Shown here: piece after piece, positions 36,916 through 51,140 of the stretch
Numbering within the stretch: position 1 is the stretch's first letter
How the letters are laid out: every line of letters starts with the position of its first letter
Assembly: GCA_964270895.1 (NCBI GenBank)
Contig: OZ185439.1
DNA from: Podarcis filfolensis
Lineage: Eukaryota
Strand: one strand, 5' to 3'
DNA length: 64,000 nucleotides
Notes under the pieces: model-generated
What the model was told of the DNA's origin: nothing
Database searches by the model: none
What the model saw: only the letters and a program-made list of their open reading frames with translations
Position numbers and translations under genes: made by a program

Positions 36916-38980
36916 AAAAAGTGGAAACGTCATATTTTTGTAAAATTAACTTCATTCTGAAATTATCCATTAGATTACTACCATATGGCGCAGTCCTGTG
37001 CACACTCACCTGGAAGTGATCCCCGCTGAACACAATGGGTCTTACTTCTGGGTAAATATGCATGGGATTGCTCCAATAGTTACTACAGATGTTCATACAG
37101 AGCATCTTCCTCACAGGTAAATAGAAAGTCCAATATCACATAAATGGCTAATAGTGGCAATAAAGTAGCGGACGTTAGCATAGCATAAAGCAAAAATGCA
37201 GCAAATAAATGAGAGTCTAATGGGGACTACCCAGAAAGCTGTAGAAGAAATGCTGCTTCCCTTCATTGCTTCATGTTGACTATGATTAGCACATCTCGGT
37301 GCAAAGGGGTCAAGCATGGAAATTTCAAGTTTATCACCAAGATTCAGAGGCCTTTAATCCCAACCTATTTTGTTTTGATTTTTAAGGGGAGGGAGACAAG
37401 GAATCAGATCGTAATATATGCCAGGAACTGTGTTTAGCAAAAGATAAGCTGGAGTTCCGGTGTTGCAGCCCGAAAGGTGACAAAACTAATTTCCATACCA
37501 CAACTTGCCAATGGCCTCTCGTGCTTGCAAAAGCCGGATCCAGCCTCCCAATCGCAATACATCCAGATATTAGGTGAGCTCTAATTGTGATGTAAACATT
37601 GTAGTTCAGGCACTGCTCATGCTATGCTGCAGCCACCTAATTTCTGTCTTCCTTTGTTAGGTGATAGAAATAAAACTTTTAATTTCCAAGCTTTTGGGAC
37701 TCTGCCCCTAAAGGTAACAACAAAACAAGCATAACTGTAGTAACAAAGAATAATGAATGTATTCAATAGAATATTTTAAAAAAGGCCTGTAGGAAAGGTC
37801 GCCAGGAGTTTTTTCTACAAAACGGCCAACAAGCTTTCTAGCCATCAGGCAAAATGGTGATGTTTCATATCTGCGCTGCAATATATGGTCACTCCAGCAT
37901 TTGAGGCTCTAAATAATTTAGCAACTCTCTCCGGTTTAAATTACGAACTGCTGATCTAGGCTGAGCTGGGGCAGATGATCTCCTGAAGTGAAGGGAGACA
38001 CAATCAGGCAGAGGCAAGAGATTGGCATCAGGTTCCACTACACAAGCTGATTTTAGGCTTTGTAATTGTGCAAAGTTGTAAAAAAAAACCAACGCTGAGA
38101 TTAAACATTCTGTGATATTGTTATCATTAGAGTAATATCAGTGAATCAAACAAGTACTGAGCAGATAAAGTTGTCCACTATATAACCCACTATTTTAAGC
38201 TAAAAACTATCTCAGCTTTAATGTTTGTCTACTGGCTGCAGTACAAATATATTCATACTCACACCTAATAGACTTAATTCCGGAGTGACTTCTTGGACTG
38301 TGACTACTTTGTCATTATGTTTTGTAGAATTAGCTTTTCAAAAGAGAGGGGAAATTAAGAACTGTGAATATAATGTATGGGGAATTGGATTGCTTATCAA
38401 AAGTACTTATATCACCACTTTCCTCACAAAGAGCAAACGAACAGCAGTTTGTTTTATACCCATATCACAATACCCAAAACCAAGGTGGGTTTTAGCTTTG
38501 AGAAGTATAAGTCTACAGGCAGGCTGCAATTTGTATTCTGGATTTTGCTTTAGGTCATTAAAAAATCCCCCCCCCAAAGGGCACAATCCACCCAGATGGT
38601 TTGCAAAGGCCTGTGTAGGTTGTGCAAACGCATGTGGATTGTGCCTGAGTCTGTACTCCTTTTTCATTCATGAACTGCAAGACACAAAAAAGCGAAATAT
38701 GCCTCAATGCCAAGAGAATTCACTCAATTTGGGTCCAAGTGGTTGTCTGCTTTGAGAGCAAAGAACAGGAATTAAATCAGTTTAAATTACCTGTAAAGAA
38801 AAAAAGCTCACCGTTCTATTTCTTTGGCCACGTTACATAAAGCAGAAAGTTTTATAACAATGAAGTTGAAATAATAAAGAGTGGCACTCATAGCTCAGCT
38901 GTGCAATGCATCTTTATTAAGAACTGGGCAGGTCCAGGTGTAGACTGTAAATAAATACAACACACGGATAAGCCCATGCA
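36916..38980 (+). other. KCNMA1: Possible extended distal 3' UTR
   Basis: Almost repeat-free UTR-like sequence with further AATAAA at 37204, 37669, 38873 and 38950. Microsatellite and repeat content resumes after about 39170. Confidence 0.4.
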
Positions 38981-39174
38981 AAGATGATCACAGATTGGAA
39001 TTATAGTGGAAGCTTTCTTAAGATTTCCTTCTTGTGACTGCTAATAGCTTTGAATGACTGGATATGGATAGGCAAGGACTTGTGTATGCACTCCAATTCA
39101 GTGGGTTGAGAAAAAGTACAAAATGTGGCCTTAGGTATAGATAGAATTTCTTGAGAATCTCAGCTCACTTTCTA

Positions 39175-39222
39175 GTATGTATGTATGTATGTATGTATGT
39201 ATGTATGTATGTATGTATGTAT
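39175..39222. repeat. (GTAT)12 microsatellite
   Basis: Direct reading. Confidence 0.97.
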
Positions 39223-41305
39223 TATTTTAAACAAGTTTCTAGCCCTTATTGTTATGAAGGTATATTTGAAAGTCTCTGAGTATAGGTAAGTCTGTTTAAA
39301 TCTCACTCAACAGGGAGAATGGCTGAAACAGATTTTCAGAAATCAACATGGGGCAGGGGGACTTTATTGGCCTTTAAAGCACAGTTCCTTGCTCTTCTCC
39401 AGATCTTGCAAAATTAGAATGCATGACTCAATATAAGAAACATTGCAAAGTAACATACAGAATGAGGGAAACTGTGGAAAAAGTACTGTACTTAGTTTGC
39501 ACAATTTGTAAGAAGTTCAGGTTTTTGGTGCAGAATATGGACTGTCTTCAAAACTTTAATACATTTCATATAGCAGACACACAGACAGCCCTGGGGAAGA
39601 GGCAATTCAGCCTTCATTGGTAACAGTTTCCATGAAAGCAGTAGCATTCCCAGTTGGCCATGCCTGCCTGGATTACACACTACATTGTTCCACATTAATA
39701 TGCAGCCTCAGAGAATTGGAACTTTTAATATGAGGGCAGTTTCATGTGTGAACCAATCAGTTCCACAAGTGATATTTTGCATCTATATTCCACCTTCCTT
39801 CCGTAACAGAAATGAAGGCAGGGTACAAGCGGTTTCCAGGCAGTCACTCATAGAGGCATTGACAAGAGCCTGCTTAGCTTCAGCAAAACTGCATCATCAA
39901 GTGCCTTCAGACTCTGCCCCAGGATAGTATCCCCCCCCACCCACCCAGACATACACATCAAATACATCAGGCAATGATGACTTCTGTGTGACTGCAACCA
40001 GTTATACATGCAACACCTAGCCAATCCAGGGCCAAGCCTTTTTTGGAGGGGTCATCATTATGTCTGAACTCAAGCTCATGGCGTGCTTCACTCCCGACAA
40101 ACCATGAGCTGTAATCAAGGTTTATTCTTAGCATTACACGCAAACTGGGCCTACAAATCTAGATACAGTGGAGGCTGGTCCCTCGGCCATCCCGCATCTG
40201 CCTGCCTTTCTTGTTCACAACTGGTCCAAGAGGCAGCACTTGCCGTCATCCTCATCCTCCTTAGTCTCAGTGATGCTTTTGTAGAACTCACCAGGGAGGA
40301 AGATGGAAATGACAGTTGTTGCCATTGGCTCTGCTGCTACCTATTGCTGGGCCTTCCACCCCCACCAGCCCCTGTCTAGGCAACAGAGAAATTAAAGTCA
40401 GATAAGTAGTGTCTGGCTAAACAGATGTCCACAAATTTATATTCAACAGAAGGTAGTTTTTCTGCAGTTACCTTGTGGTGGCTCTCATACACGCAGAGCC
40501 TACAAGCATTGGCTATTGCACAGGCAGGACCACAAACACATGGCTATCCTGCAAACATGATCCCAGTTTCTTATCCCCCTGTGCCGTCAGTCACACACTG
40601 TGAATATTTGCACATGCTAGCTCATGGGCTGCTTAGAGATAATAATTAGAGAGGAATAAAGCCAAGTCTAAAGATGTTTTTTTCTGTGCTTTGAATTGAG
40701 GATGAAATGAAATGCGAAATTTTGGAACTGAAAAATATTGGGAAAGGGTTTGCACATAGGTGAATTGCCTCTAGACAGTCAATCCTCCAGTTCTGGTGGT
40801 AGAAAATGACAATTAATGAAGGTAGAGCTGCAAGCCTCCCCCAATCCCATTGAATTATGCATCTGTAATTTCAGAAGTTGTCTGGATTAGCAGCCACATA
40901 GCAAAATTCAAGAGACAACCTCTTAATGGTCTTGCACCATAAGGTGTGATGACTCCAAGAGCCACACATTCTATAATTCTATAATTCAACATTATACCAA
41001 TGCATATAAGACAAGTCTGTCAGTGGCTGATAACCCATGATAGCTAAAACATGGAAGATCTATATTCAGATACAGCATACTTCTAATTAGTAGATGCCAG
41101 AGATGAAACAACAATGTCAGATGGTTTTCTTCACTGTGCCCTGCTTGTTTTTGTATTGTGTATATCGTAGGGGTTTGGTAACTGCTGGAGACAGAAGGCT
41201 GGATTAAATGGACTACAAAGAGATTCTTACATTCTTAAGTACATACTGTGTAATTAGCCACTTCTTTCACTTTAATTGTTTCACTGTGTCATTCACAGCT
41301 GAGTT

Positions 41306-41327
41306 GAATTGAATTGAATTGAATTGA
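41306..41327. repeat. (TTGAA)n pentanucleotide run
   Basis: Direct reading. Confidence 0.85.
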
Positions 41328-44300
41328 AGAAGAGTCTTTTCTTCATTTGTTTCAGCTCCCTCTAAGCACTACTTAGTAAGAATCACTGGGGAAGAAACTG
41401 CTATGGGATCTCTCTCCATCCAGGGTATATCAAAGAGTTAGCCCTTTTAGATCTAGAGAAAGAGGCCACAGTAACAGGGAACCAAGTCGCCAGTTGCCTT
41501 GAGGAACTAGTAGGAACAACACAAGGGGCAGTTATGTCGTTTCCCCTCAGCCCCTGCCAATGCAGACTTTTTCTTTGTGCATTTTTCTTTCTTTCTTGAG
41601 ACTCAGCTAAGGATAAAGAGTTAAGCAAGCAGAAGCAGGTGAGAATGCAAGGATGAAAGGTATTTCCTCAAGCACACTATTTAGCAGTGATGCAGAAGGC
41701 AACCACAGAAAGCTTTCACTATATTTTTAAAGGAAATTCAGAAAACAGTATTAGCGTCTAACTATTAATCTGATGTGGTGGGGATGCCACTGAGAGGCAA
41801 GCAAAATGGGTAAACTTGAGGGCTTTATTTGCAGAAACACGTGCTTAAGGTACTTTGCAATAATAAGCTGCAGAACTCGCCACATAACAGCAATAACTTA
41901 CAAGTGGGTTAATGATCCATGCTTTCCAAATTGAGCATTCATGACACTGTCCACAGCCAGGTCGGCCACCTCCTCCTTTTAAATACCTTATAGGGTCTTC
42001 AAATATTTAAGTACACCACACATAAGTAGCAGCAGTTTAAGGGCTCCATTTGCGGCATGCACCTGCCAGGGTCACCAGTTGTCCTACACTTTAAAGCATC
42101 GCCCCCTTTTGCAGAATCGTACCATTCCATCTACATGGGGAAGACAGGCCAATCTCACCCGTGACCAACGTGGCCAGATGTGCGTGATGCAGCTGTGCAA
42201 GGGGCAGTCTGCTTCCATGCTCCATCAGGGTAACTGGTTTTTCCTTCCTTCCATGCGTCCCATTTCCACAGACTCCACAAAGAAATACCCTTGTCTCAGA
42301 TACTACTAGTCCCATGCACGCCTTGTTTCCTGAAAAATTGACCTGGCTAACCTACATGAATATGACCCTCGAGAACTGACCAGTGGAGCACTCTTAAGCC
42401 TGCCTAGTTGCATTCACTTTGGCAGGCTCCCTCACTCTCGAGTGCTGTGCCCAGGATAAAGTGCCTCCCAAGAGCAGGCATAAGCATAAAACCCTGGCAG
42501 CAATGCGCTCTCTATGCACTGATCACCCAAACATGCTTCCCAGTGGGTTTGTGAGGCAAGCAAATTTTCGTATTGTTTTGTGGCAGCTATTGTTGCATGT
42601 TCCATTTCACCCAGGTTCATTCCCAATTAATTTATGGTCTGGAGGCCTTCAAATGAGAAAAGAAAACTGCACAAATGCATCTGATTGAAATTGAAGGAGA
42701 AACACTAGTTTGGGACCTTAATGCAGTTTAGGAAGACTAGAACAAGAAAAAAAAAATCATTAGAGAAAAGTCATCAGATGTTTCCAAGGTGAGGTTTAGT
42801 AGACTTGTGTTACATTTTCAAAGCAATCTTTTTGAAAAATTAACTTCTCTTTTGGGATACTGTCCATGACATACATGTGTAGTAGAAGTGGCAAATTTTA
42901 AACGGCTTGTCATGAAAATCTTGCAGTCAAGATTTAAAAATCTTGTGAATTATCAAAGGTGGCCTACCCATTCTCCCCACGGCCCAGCAATGAAGCAAAT
43001 ATGGGACTATGACTTACAGAGGCATCTGTCTTAGCCAGCTGTTTCTCCCAAAGGGACAACAGGGGGGAAAACAGGGGTGTTAACTCAAAGTTCATCAAGA
43101 AAAAGGAGTGTGGCTTCATCATTTGTTTTGTTTGTTTGTTTGAGTAAGGAATGGAGGGAGAGAAAGAGAGTGCGCAAATGCTGGTGCTCAGAAATGATCT
43201 ACCTGACTTTGTCATATGTAATATCCAGTGATAAATATATTGTCTTGTAAAAAGGGTTTGTACATAACTTGTACATGGTTTCATTTTGTATTTTTCTCAG
43301 ATTAAAAATTTATGTATTTGTGTTCTAAAAACCAAGGAGCTATACTTGTGTGGCTTTTTTCTTCCTTCTTTCCCCATGATATAATGCATATTTAGGTTGG
43401 GGGTCATATGCATATAGAAGCAGATGTGTGCACACACCGCCACAGCTTGCCAGGGAATTATGTGTGCAAACAAGTAGCACACGTGATTTCCAGCCCAATC
43501 TACCAGCAGGAGCTTGTGCACATAACCATGTAAAACAAGGTACAATTGTGCTAATCATCTATTTAGAAGCTGTAGCAGGGAGCTAAGTGGAATTGCACCT
43601 TATTTTATAGGGCTACATGAACATAGATCTGACTGTTCTGCGTTTGTTCAGTGTTAAACCAGAGCCCTAAACCATCATCTTGTAATTGAGCAATTCCTGG
43701 CATCTCAGTCAACTAAAAGACTCACCCAAAAGTAACCCTTTGAGAGTTTGAAGTACAGTACTCACATATATTGCCCCAGTAATCCTTACAATAACCTTGG
43801 AAAGTGAATCGGCAGTATTATTGTCTCTTGCACCTTTGGAAACCCTTTTTCTTTCCTGCCCCAGAGGAAATGAATTAGGAAGAGAAGGCATGAGTTTCAA
43901 CTTGCCAACAGGTACATTCACCAGAGATCCCTTAAATGCTGAAGTGCCTCATCTAATTCAAGGATCCCTAGACTCCTACTGCCAAGCATCTTGAGACACA
44001 ACTTGAAAGAATGTGTATTTAGCATGGTGGGATTATAGGAAATGAAATTTAGGGAGATTATGTATCTCACTCAATGAAAAGCCAGCCAGTCTCAATGCTA
44101 TGTGCTACAAACCAGCTTTTTGTGGGTGTTGGCTTTTTTTACCACCACCACCACAATGTTCCTGGGCTGAAGGGACAAATCTGTTTCCTTTAATCTTCCA
44201 AGCTAATATCTAACATCTTCTAATATCAGCTTGTTCCAGGAACCTTGGAGGTAGACCCTGACTGACCAAAACCAACTGTCCGTTGGCCACAATGCACATG

Positions 44301-45339
44301 GCCAGGTCTTGGAGAGTCTGTTCCCTGATCGGCTTTCTTAATCGGGTTCTGGATTTCAGGTTCAGAACTTTAAGACTCCAGAGATGGAGTCTAGTGGGAT
44401 AGGGGCAGAGGATGGTGCTTAGTGGATTATGGGAGAACCTTGCTGACCTTTGCACCTCCACAAACAATCCCAATGTCGATGATGCAACTGAAATGTCCTG
44501 ATACAGCTAAAATGGCTCCAAAGGGTCAGACAGGCTGTTTGTTGACTCTTTATACTAATTACAATAGCTGCATGTTATAACAGACAAAACTATTAGCATA
44601 TTCCTCTGCAGGGTTACTCTGGTGCATTCATAAAAAACAATGTATTGCAATGTGCCCTACAAATAGTCAAGGCACATAGACCATTCAAGACCAGATCTTC
44701 TGATCCACCACCGACTTATTTTCCCTTTAGGGAGTGAGAGGCCCAGTCGCCAAGAAACATCGGCTGAAGGCAACAGAAATTTGACACAGCATGGCTGCTC
44801 TTTTCAGCTTCCTGCCTTGATATGATCAGTTTCTCACATATTTCAAAAAACAGGAACAACACCATGTCTGTTACACACTTCCCCTATCAAAACAAGGGCA
44901 CTTCCAGACTATCACTATTTTGGGTGGGATTCAGTCACATACTGGCAAATTCAAGATGTGCAATTATAGTCCATTGGGAGGTGCTGTGCAACAAATCCAT
45001 CCCACTGCCCCAAAACAGACGTTTTGTGATAATGGATAGGGAAATGCACTGGAAAGTGTGGGATAATGATTGCTTGACCCAATGTCATAACATCCTTCAA
45101 CTGCATCAGAATGAATGCTCAGTAAATACCTGACATTGCCTAAGTCCCCTGCAAACAAATCAGGATGGATGCTCAATAAAGGGGCCATCTGGAAGCAACC
45201 TAACCTGCCTACTTCATTTTCAGGGGTAAATGGTTTATTGGAATACTGGCACAAAAATAATAAATGCTTGCAGAAAGATGATCAATTCTGTGTTTTAAAG
45301 ATCACCTGCATGAAATATGTTTAGAATAACAAAGGAGCT

Positions 45340-45450
45340 CGAGGTGGCCTACTTGTGATGATTCTCTCACAGTAACTCAAGTCGGTTAGGCTGAGAGGCA
45401 GTGATGTGTCCAAGGCCAGCTTCACAGCTTAGCAGAAGTTTGACTCTCTT
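45340..45450 (-). mobile_element. MIR-like CORE SINE fragment
   Basis: CTCACAGTAAC...GGTTAGGCTGAGAG...CCAAGGCCAGCTTCA...TTTGA pattern. Confidence 0.5.
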
Positions 45451-46937
45451 CATCAGACTGCTTTTCACACCGCAGTGTAATAAGGTGTGTGTTTGTGTGT
45501 GTTCCCTGCACCCTGCCTTGTGCTGCTTGAATAAAGGGCAGGATTTAAATATAATAATAAATATTATATCCCTGATTTGTATTTTTTAGAATGAAAGTTG
45601 AATATTTCCTGAAGTGAGCCTTTGCTACCAAGAACCCTTGTAAATTCACTAAGCTGGTTTGCATAACGCAGTCCGCCAAACCATTGCTTTCTGAAACAAT
45701 GTGGACTGTTAGGCTTCGGTGATTAGTTCTCACCTACTTTGGCATTTTTTGCTGCCACACTGCACTGACTGAAGCCAAGTACTGTACTGGCGAGTACTGT
45801 AATAAAAGAAAAATCCTGGGCTCCCCAGACCGCCATCAAATTAGAGTATCTATAGACTGCACAGTAAAGATTAAAGACCCATCACTTCACACGGCTGCCA
45901 TTGGACATAATAATGGATCCGGGGCACAGCTCCTTATGGGACCCCAGGATTTTTGGTTTGTGGTGGTGCCCATGGCACCTTCTCAAAAATCCAAATCAGC
46001 CAGTGGGTCTCAAGATGCTGGGAGACCAGGGGGCAGTTCTGAAATCTCTCGATATTGCTTTGTGGCCGGCACTTGCCTGAGGCAGAATCCTTTTCTCTTT
46101 CAACTTCACATAATCATCCGGACTTCCAAGAATCAATTTTTATCAACATGCACTTGAAAGCCAAGTTGGTGGGCATTTTGCCCGGAAATCTGCAGGGTTA
46201 GCAGCATAAATGTCCCTTTATATTTCCAGACCTCGCTATGCTATGATAGCCGTCCTGGAAAAAAGAGCACTGTCCATTCTTCCCCTTTTGGTGCTCCAGA
46301 AGCGGCCTCTTCTGAAGACAGAATAAGTCCCAAACTGGATTTACCATAATGACCCATACCCATGAAAATAGAGGGTCATTCATCTCTTTCATTCAGAATG
46401 GTTACATTTGAAGCCCAAAGACTAGTCAGAGGCATGCAGAAAGAATGAAAACTCTAAGAAGAGAACTGATGCAGATCACAGACGGCATGTTTTAAAGCTG
46501 AGCAATCACGTTCCATCTGTCAGATGATGTGGCTGACACAAGGCACAGTCCATGTGTGAACTCAAACAGGCGCTTTCTGAGCCAAGTTATACGGGGAATT
46601 TACCAAACAAAACTACGAAAGAACCAGATGAAATGGTAACACAGTTTCTATTACAATGCCATGGTTGTGGTGTGTCCAGAAATACGGACTTATTGTTAAA
46701 ACTGTATTTATGGAAGACAATCTTACTCGGCTACGAGTGTTCACCAAAGAAGAAGTGTGTCATTGCATGAAAGTGCTTTAAGTGAGCAAATACTGATCAG
46801 ACATGGTTCCGACTAAAACATCAACAACAACACACAAATGCAATCTTAAATAGTGTGTGGTTCTGGGTGGCAGCTGAAATTGCACCATATGCAAATTACA
46901 CTGAACCAGAGACCTGCAACCCAACTTTTGTAAAGAC

Positions 46938-47304
46938 AGGTAAAGGTAAAGGACCCCAGACAGTTAAGTCCAGTTGTGAACGACTCTGGGATTGCGGTGC
47001 TCATCTCGCTTTACTGGCCGGGGGAGCCGACGTTTGTCTGCAGACAGTTTTTCCGGGTCATGTGGCCAGCATGACTAAATCGCTTCTGGCGAAACCAGAG
47101 CAGTGCACGGAAACGCCGTTTACCTTCCCGCTGGAGCAGTGCCTATTTATCTACTTGCACTTTGACGTGCTTTCGAACTGCTAGGTTGGCAGGAGCTGGG
47201 ACTGAGCAATGGGAGCTCACCCCGTCGCAGGGATTTGAACCGCAGACCTTCTGATCGGCAAGCCCAAGCCTCTGTGGTTTAGACCACAGTGCCACCCGCG
47301 TCCC
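46938..47304 (-). mobile_element. Full-length Sauria SINE (tRNA-derived head, BovB/RTE-derived tail)
   Basis: The reverse complement starts GGGACGCGGGTGGCACTGTGGTCTAAACC, has a B-box-like GGTTCAAATCC, and ends in CCTTTACCTTTACCT tail repeats. Confidence 0.93.
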
Positions 47305-47464
47305 CTTACAGTACATTAGACCAGCACAATTCATACATGAAATGCAGCACATTCCACTTTTTTTCTTCTGTGGTTCACAAAGTTCCAAATGGCTGGTCTT
47401 ATCATCATAACTGCCCATCACACTCTTTGAAGAGTTCAGAGTGGTATATGTGGTTTTCTGCCAT

Positions 47465-47582
47465 GTTATCTGCACAACCACCCTAGGTTAGGTAGAGAAA
47501 CGTAACTAGTCCAAGGTCATCTAGGGAGCTTGATTTGAACCTTCCTCCAAGTCCAGGACTCTATTCACTAAACCACACTATC
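47465..47582 (-). mobile_element. MIR-like CORE SINE fragment
   Basis: CACAACCACCCT...GTCCAAGGTCATC...GATTTGAACC...CACTAAACCACAC pattern. Confidence 0.6.
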
Positions 47583-49932
47583 TCTCTTGCCAACAATCCA
47601 CTCTACCTTCCATCCCAAGACCCTGTGCAAGCTGTCATCTAACGGCATTTTCTAGCCCCTCCTCAGTCTCTGGGCAAGAATATAAAAGAGCAGGGGAAGA
47701 TAAACACAGCACAACTCCTGGCTGCTCTAAATTCACTTTTCCTGAGCCTTCAGTGGACACTGCCCACCAATTCTGAAGTTTTATATTGCAAATGAAAGGG
47801 CTGGGGATTTCTCTATGTGTTAAAAAAAGGTACAAAAAACAGATGGCAGAAGTCCCCCTCCTCTACTTCTGATACACAGCAACTATCAGAGGTTAACATG
47901 CACACCACTGATAAATTGATCTCATCCGCAACCAGTTCACTGTGTGTGTGTGGGGGGGTGCATTTTCCATCTGCTACTTACATTTATAAAGTTATGTCTA
48001 AGTCAGCTGTCAGAGAGATGCCTCATTCTGCATGAACTTGCAGCTCCACAGAATACAGACAGCCCTTTATAATCTATTATGTATGCCTTTGGACAGATTA
48101 ATGCAAAGACATGTTGGAGCAGCTGGACTGGGCCCCAGATCAGAATGGGCTTCCTGTGCCAACACTGCTAATATAGTAAGAAGGAGAAGCAGATACTAAA
48201 ATATCAGCCCAGAGAGACCCAAACACAAACTTTAGCAGGCCAGAGCTGCAGCAAAAGAACTTGCTTTGAGAGCCAGGGCTCAACTCTGGAACTTTCGAAG
48301 CCTGAGCTCAGCTTTTAATAACAAATGAGAGAATATATCTTCATTTGTGCAGAGTACATTTTCTTCACCAGAGAGTAATAACAAACATTAGTCAAGAAGC
48401 ACAGAGTATGAATCAGAAATCCAGAGGTGTCGCTTTCAACAGGTGAAGCTTTCATCAGAATGCAAAGGTGGCAGCAGAGGTGGGGAAGTTTTGCTTGCTG
48501 TTTAAAAGTAGGAGCCCTGCCAGAAAGAAAGAAAAAAGGCCAATCTTGCTATATAAATAGGACTTCAAGGCCACACCATCTGTTTTGGCTCCTGAGCTGA
48601 AACGGGAATGTGCCACCCCTGTGCCACTGCCCCTGCCTGGAAAGGCAAAGATATGGTGCCCCACCTGCCCCATCACAACAGAGAAGTGCCAATGCTGCCA
48701 GTCATGGAGAGGGTAGGGTGAGAACAGAGGCTCTGCCTCTTCAGCTTCTGCCGCCCAAGGCAGTTCCTTCATCCTGCCTCATAAGCGGGTTGGCCATGAA
48801 AAAACCGCTTCAACTGAGATACTTCAAGCATAGAAGGAAGTAGGATTATGCTGTATTGGGCCCTGCGATTGGCAAACTATCCAGAGCTCCTTGATTGGTT
48901 AGGTCTGCTCAGAATACTTGGCAACAGAAGAATGCCTGGTGCACTTCTGGCTCATACCAAGTGCCCTCAGGAACCCTGGAATGGAGAAGACACCTTCCAC
49001 ATCTAGATCTGGAGAAAGCTGCCCTGGACTCCAGCTTGGCATCCACACCAGATTCAACACATCTGAGATTTCAGTGAAGGGTTTCTATATCACTGGGTGT
49101 GCCATCTAGCCAGATGCAACAGTTGACACCTCTTCTCACACATTAACTACTGTGAGGTAGAATGCCTTTCAATGGATGACTGCCTATTTAGGCTTTTGTT
49201 TCCTATTTATAATGGTCTTGTAATGCAAGGGAGGTATCACTGACCCTAAATCAATGGTTTTAACTCCAGTATTTTTAAACTATTCAAATGTATTCTAGCT
49301 AGTTGCTGGAGAAGATTCTCTTTGAGTATCATTTAACACTGGAGTAGCTAAAGTGTTTAATATTGCTATGAAATTTTGAGTCTTCACAGTGTGGATAACA
49401 GAATTAATATTGCTTGATGAAGCTTCCAAGATGTACAATTCTGATTTGGGAAGCAAGACAGAATATGATAAACATGTCCCTTATAAAGACAGATTGAAAC
49501 CATCAGTTCTAATTTTAAAATGAGGGATGCAGATGAGACAAATCAGCAGACACAAGCCATTTTGTTTTTCATATTGTATAGATTGAAAAATATTGTATTT
49601 CCCTCCCAAAAGAAATACAACTTTTCTAGTATCTCTCCCCCATGAATAGAAATTCTGGACATTCCTGCTCTTTGGCCAACCACCCTCTGCTTAAGAACCT
49701 CTGCTGAAGGAGAGTCCCTCAAAAATGGAAGACTTGTCCAAATGAAGAGAGCTAAAAGGAACAAAACTTTGGCAAAGTAAGTGCAGGCATATAGTAAGGG
49801 AAACCAAAGGAGCAGCACATAGCTAAAAATATTACCAACAACAAGGAGTTATTTGAAGACCTCAGCAGCAAGAAACTAGCTAGAGAAGCTGTTGGTCCCT
49901 TGGATGACAAGGGTATGACCCTCCGCAACAGC

Positions 49933-50110
49933 AAGTCCTGTCTCATTAACTTATCTGGGTTCTTTGAGAGTGTCAATGAGCATGTGCAGAGAGGTGATCC
50001 CATTGGCAGAGTGTAGCTTCAAAAAGCTTTCAACTAGGCATCTCACCAAAGATTCCTGAGTAAGCTTAGCAGTCATGGAATAAGAGGAGAGGTCCTCTTG
50101 TTGATCAGGA
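49933..50110 (+). mobile_element. CR1 ORF2 (reverse transcriptase) fragment with stops
   Basis: Translates KSCLINLSGFFESVNEHVQRGDPIGRV*LQKAFN*ASHQRFLSKLSSHGIRGEVLLLIRN. Confidence 0.85.
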
Positions 50111-50199
50111 ACTTAGTTAGGAATTTTTTCTTAATGTTCTTAAAAACAAAACACTATTTATTATTTGAACAAACTTGCTCCTTCAAACTTGGCTGTTAT

Positions 50200-51140
50200 A
50201 TCACCTCTTAATCATCTCTTCTCCAGTCCAGCCTAAGCATACCTGACTCCTTCAACCTCTCTCCTTAGGACTTGGTAACCTCCAGGCTGGTCCTTTAGGG
50301 CAAATGGGGCATTGCACCACCAACCTCAGGTAGACCCCACCTACTTGCCTTCTACAGTTTTGGTGTGGAACTGTTATCTTTCTCCTCCTTAATCTCAGTG
50401 TTGCCATTACAGAAACCAGCAGGGAGGAGAGTGGGAGTAAAAATAGAATTAATGGCTCTGGCTCCACCTACTGTTGGCCTCTCTGGTCTTTGTCTCTACC
50501 AATTTCAATAGGTACCAGCTGCCTGTGGTGGCTCCTCACTACCTTTGTTGCACTCCTTCCTCTTCATCGATCAGATTCTTAAACTGTGGTGCACAGAACA
50601 GGATACAGTACTCCAGGTAAAGTCAGAGCAAAGCCAAATAGAGTGGGACCAATTACTTTTCATGATATGGACACTCACTATGTTGATGCAGTCTACAATT
50701 GCATTAGCTATGCAATACAGCAGCTAAAAAATGCTAACTGGTGATTAGCTTGTGGTCTACCAAACCTCTTAAGAATGGGGTGGCTAAACCAAATTGCATC
50801 AAGGGTTGGCCAACCCACCAAGGTTCCTATTCTAGTAGGAATCTATTCCACATAGGACATTGGCCCAAGTAGCCAATGTCCACACTGTATATACAGCATT
50901 GCACACACAAACATATTCAGAGAGCCCCCCTCTCCTGCTGATCCACAGTGGGGTCTATCTTACTGCATCACTGGGCTGGGCTAGGGTTGGTGGAGATTGT
51001 AGTTCAGCAATGTCTGAGAACCCATGGTTGTTCTAAGAGAAGTAGCTGCACCTTCCAGTTTGGTGTCCTCTGCAAATCTAATCAGCATCTCCTCTAATCC
51101 ATCATCCAAGTGATTAAGAAACAGGTTGAGCAGCGTTGGG
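50200..51140 (-). mobile_element. Interrupted minus-strand CR1 (pieces at about 50200-50290, 50545-50715 and 51045-51140)
   Basis: 51140-51045 translates PTLLNLFLNHLDDGLEEMLIRFAEDTKLEGAA (RT FADD region). The other pieces match the CR1 ORF2 C-terminus in collinear order. Confidence 0.75.

Noticed and set aside
37505-37511. miR-182 seed match TTGCCAA in the extended UTR
   Set aside because: A single 7-mer in about 2.6 kb has an appreciable chance probability, and it is uncertain that the UTR extends this far.
38225-38755. Longest ORF (176 aa)
   Set aside because: It starts at TTG, lies in AT-rich UTR-like sequence, and has no homology I recognise.
49933-51140. Opposite-strand CR1 pieces as one 5'-inverted insertion
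   Set aside because: The plus-strand piece lies on the 3' side of the minus-strand element, which is inconsistent with twin priming. Two separate old insertions are more likely.
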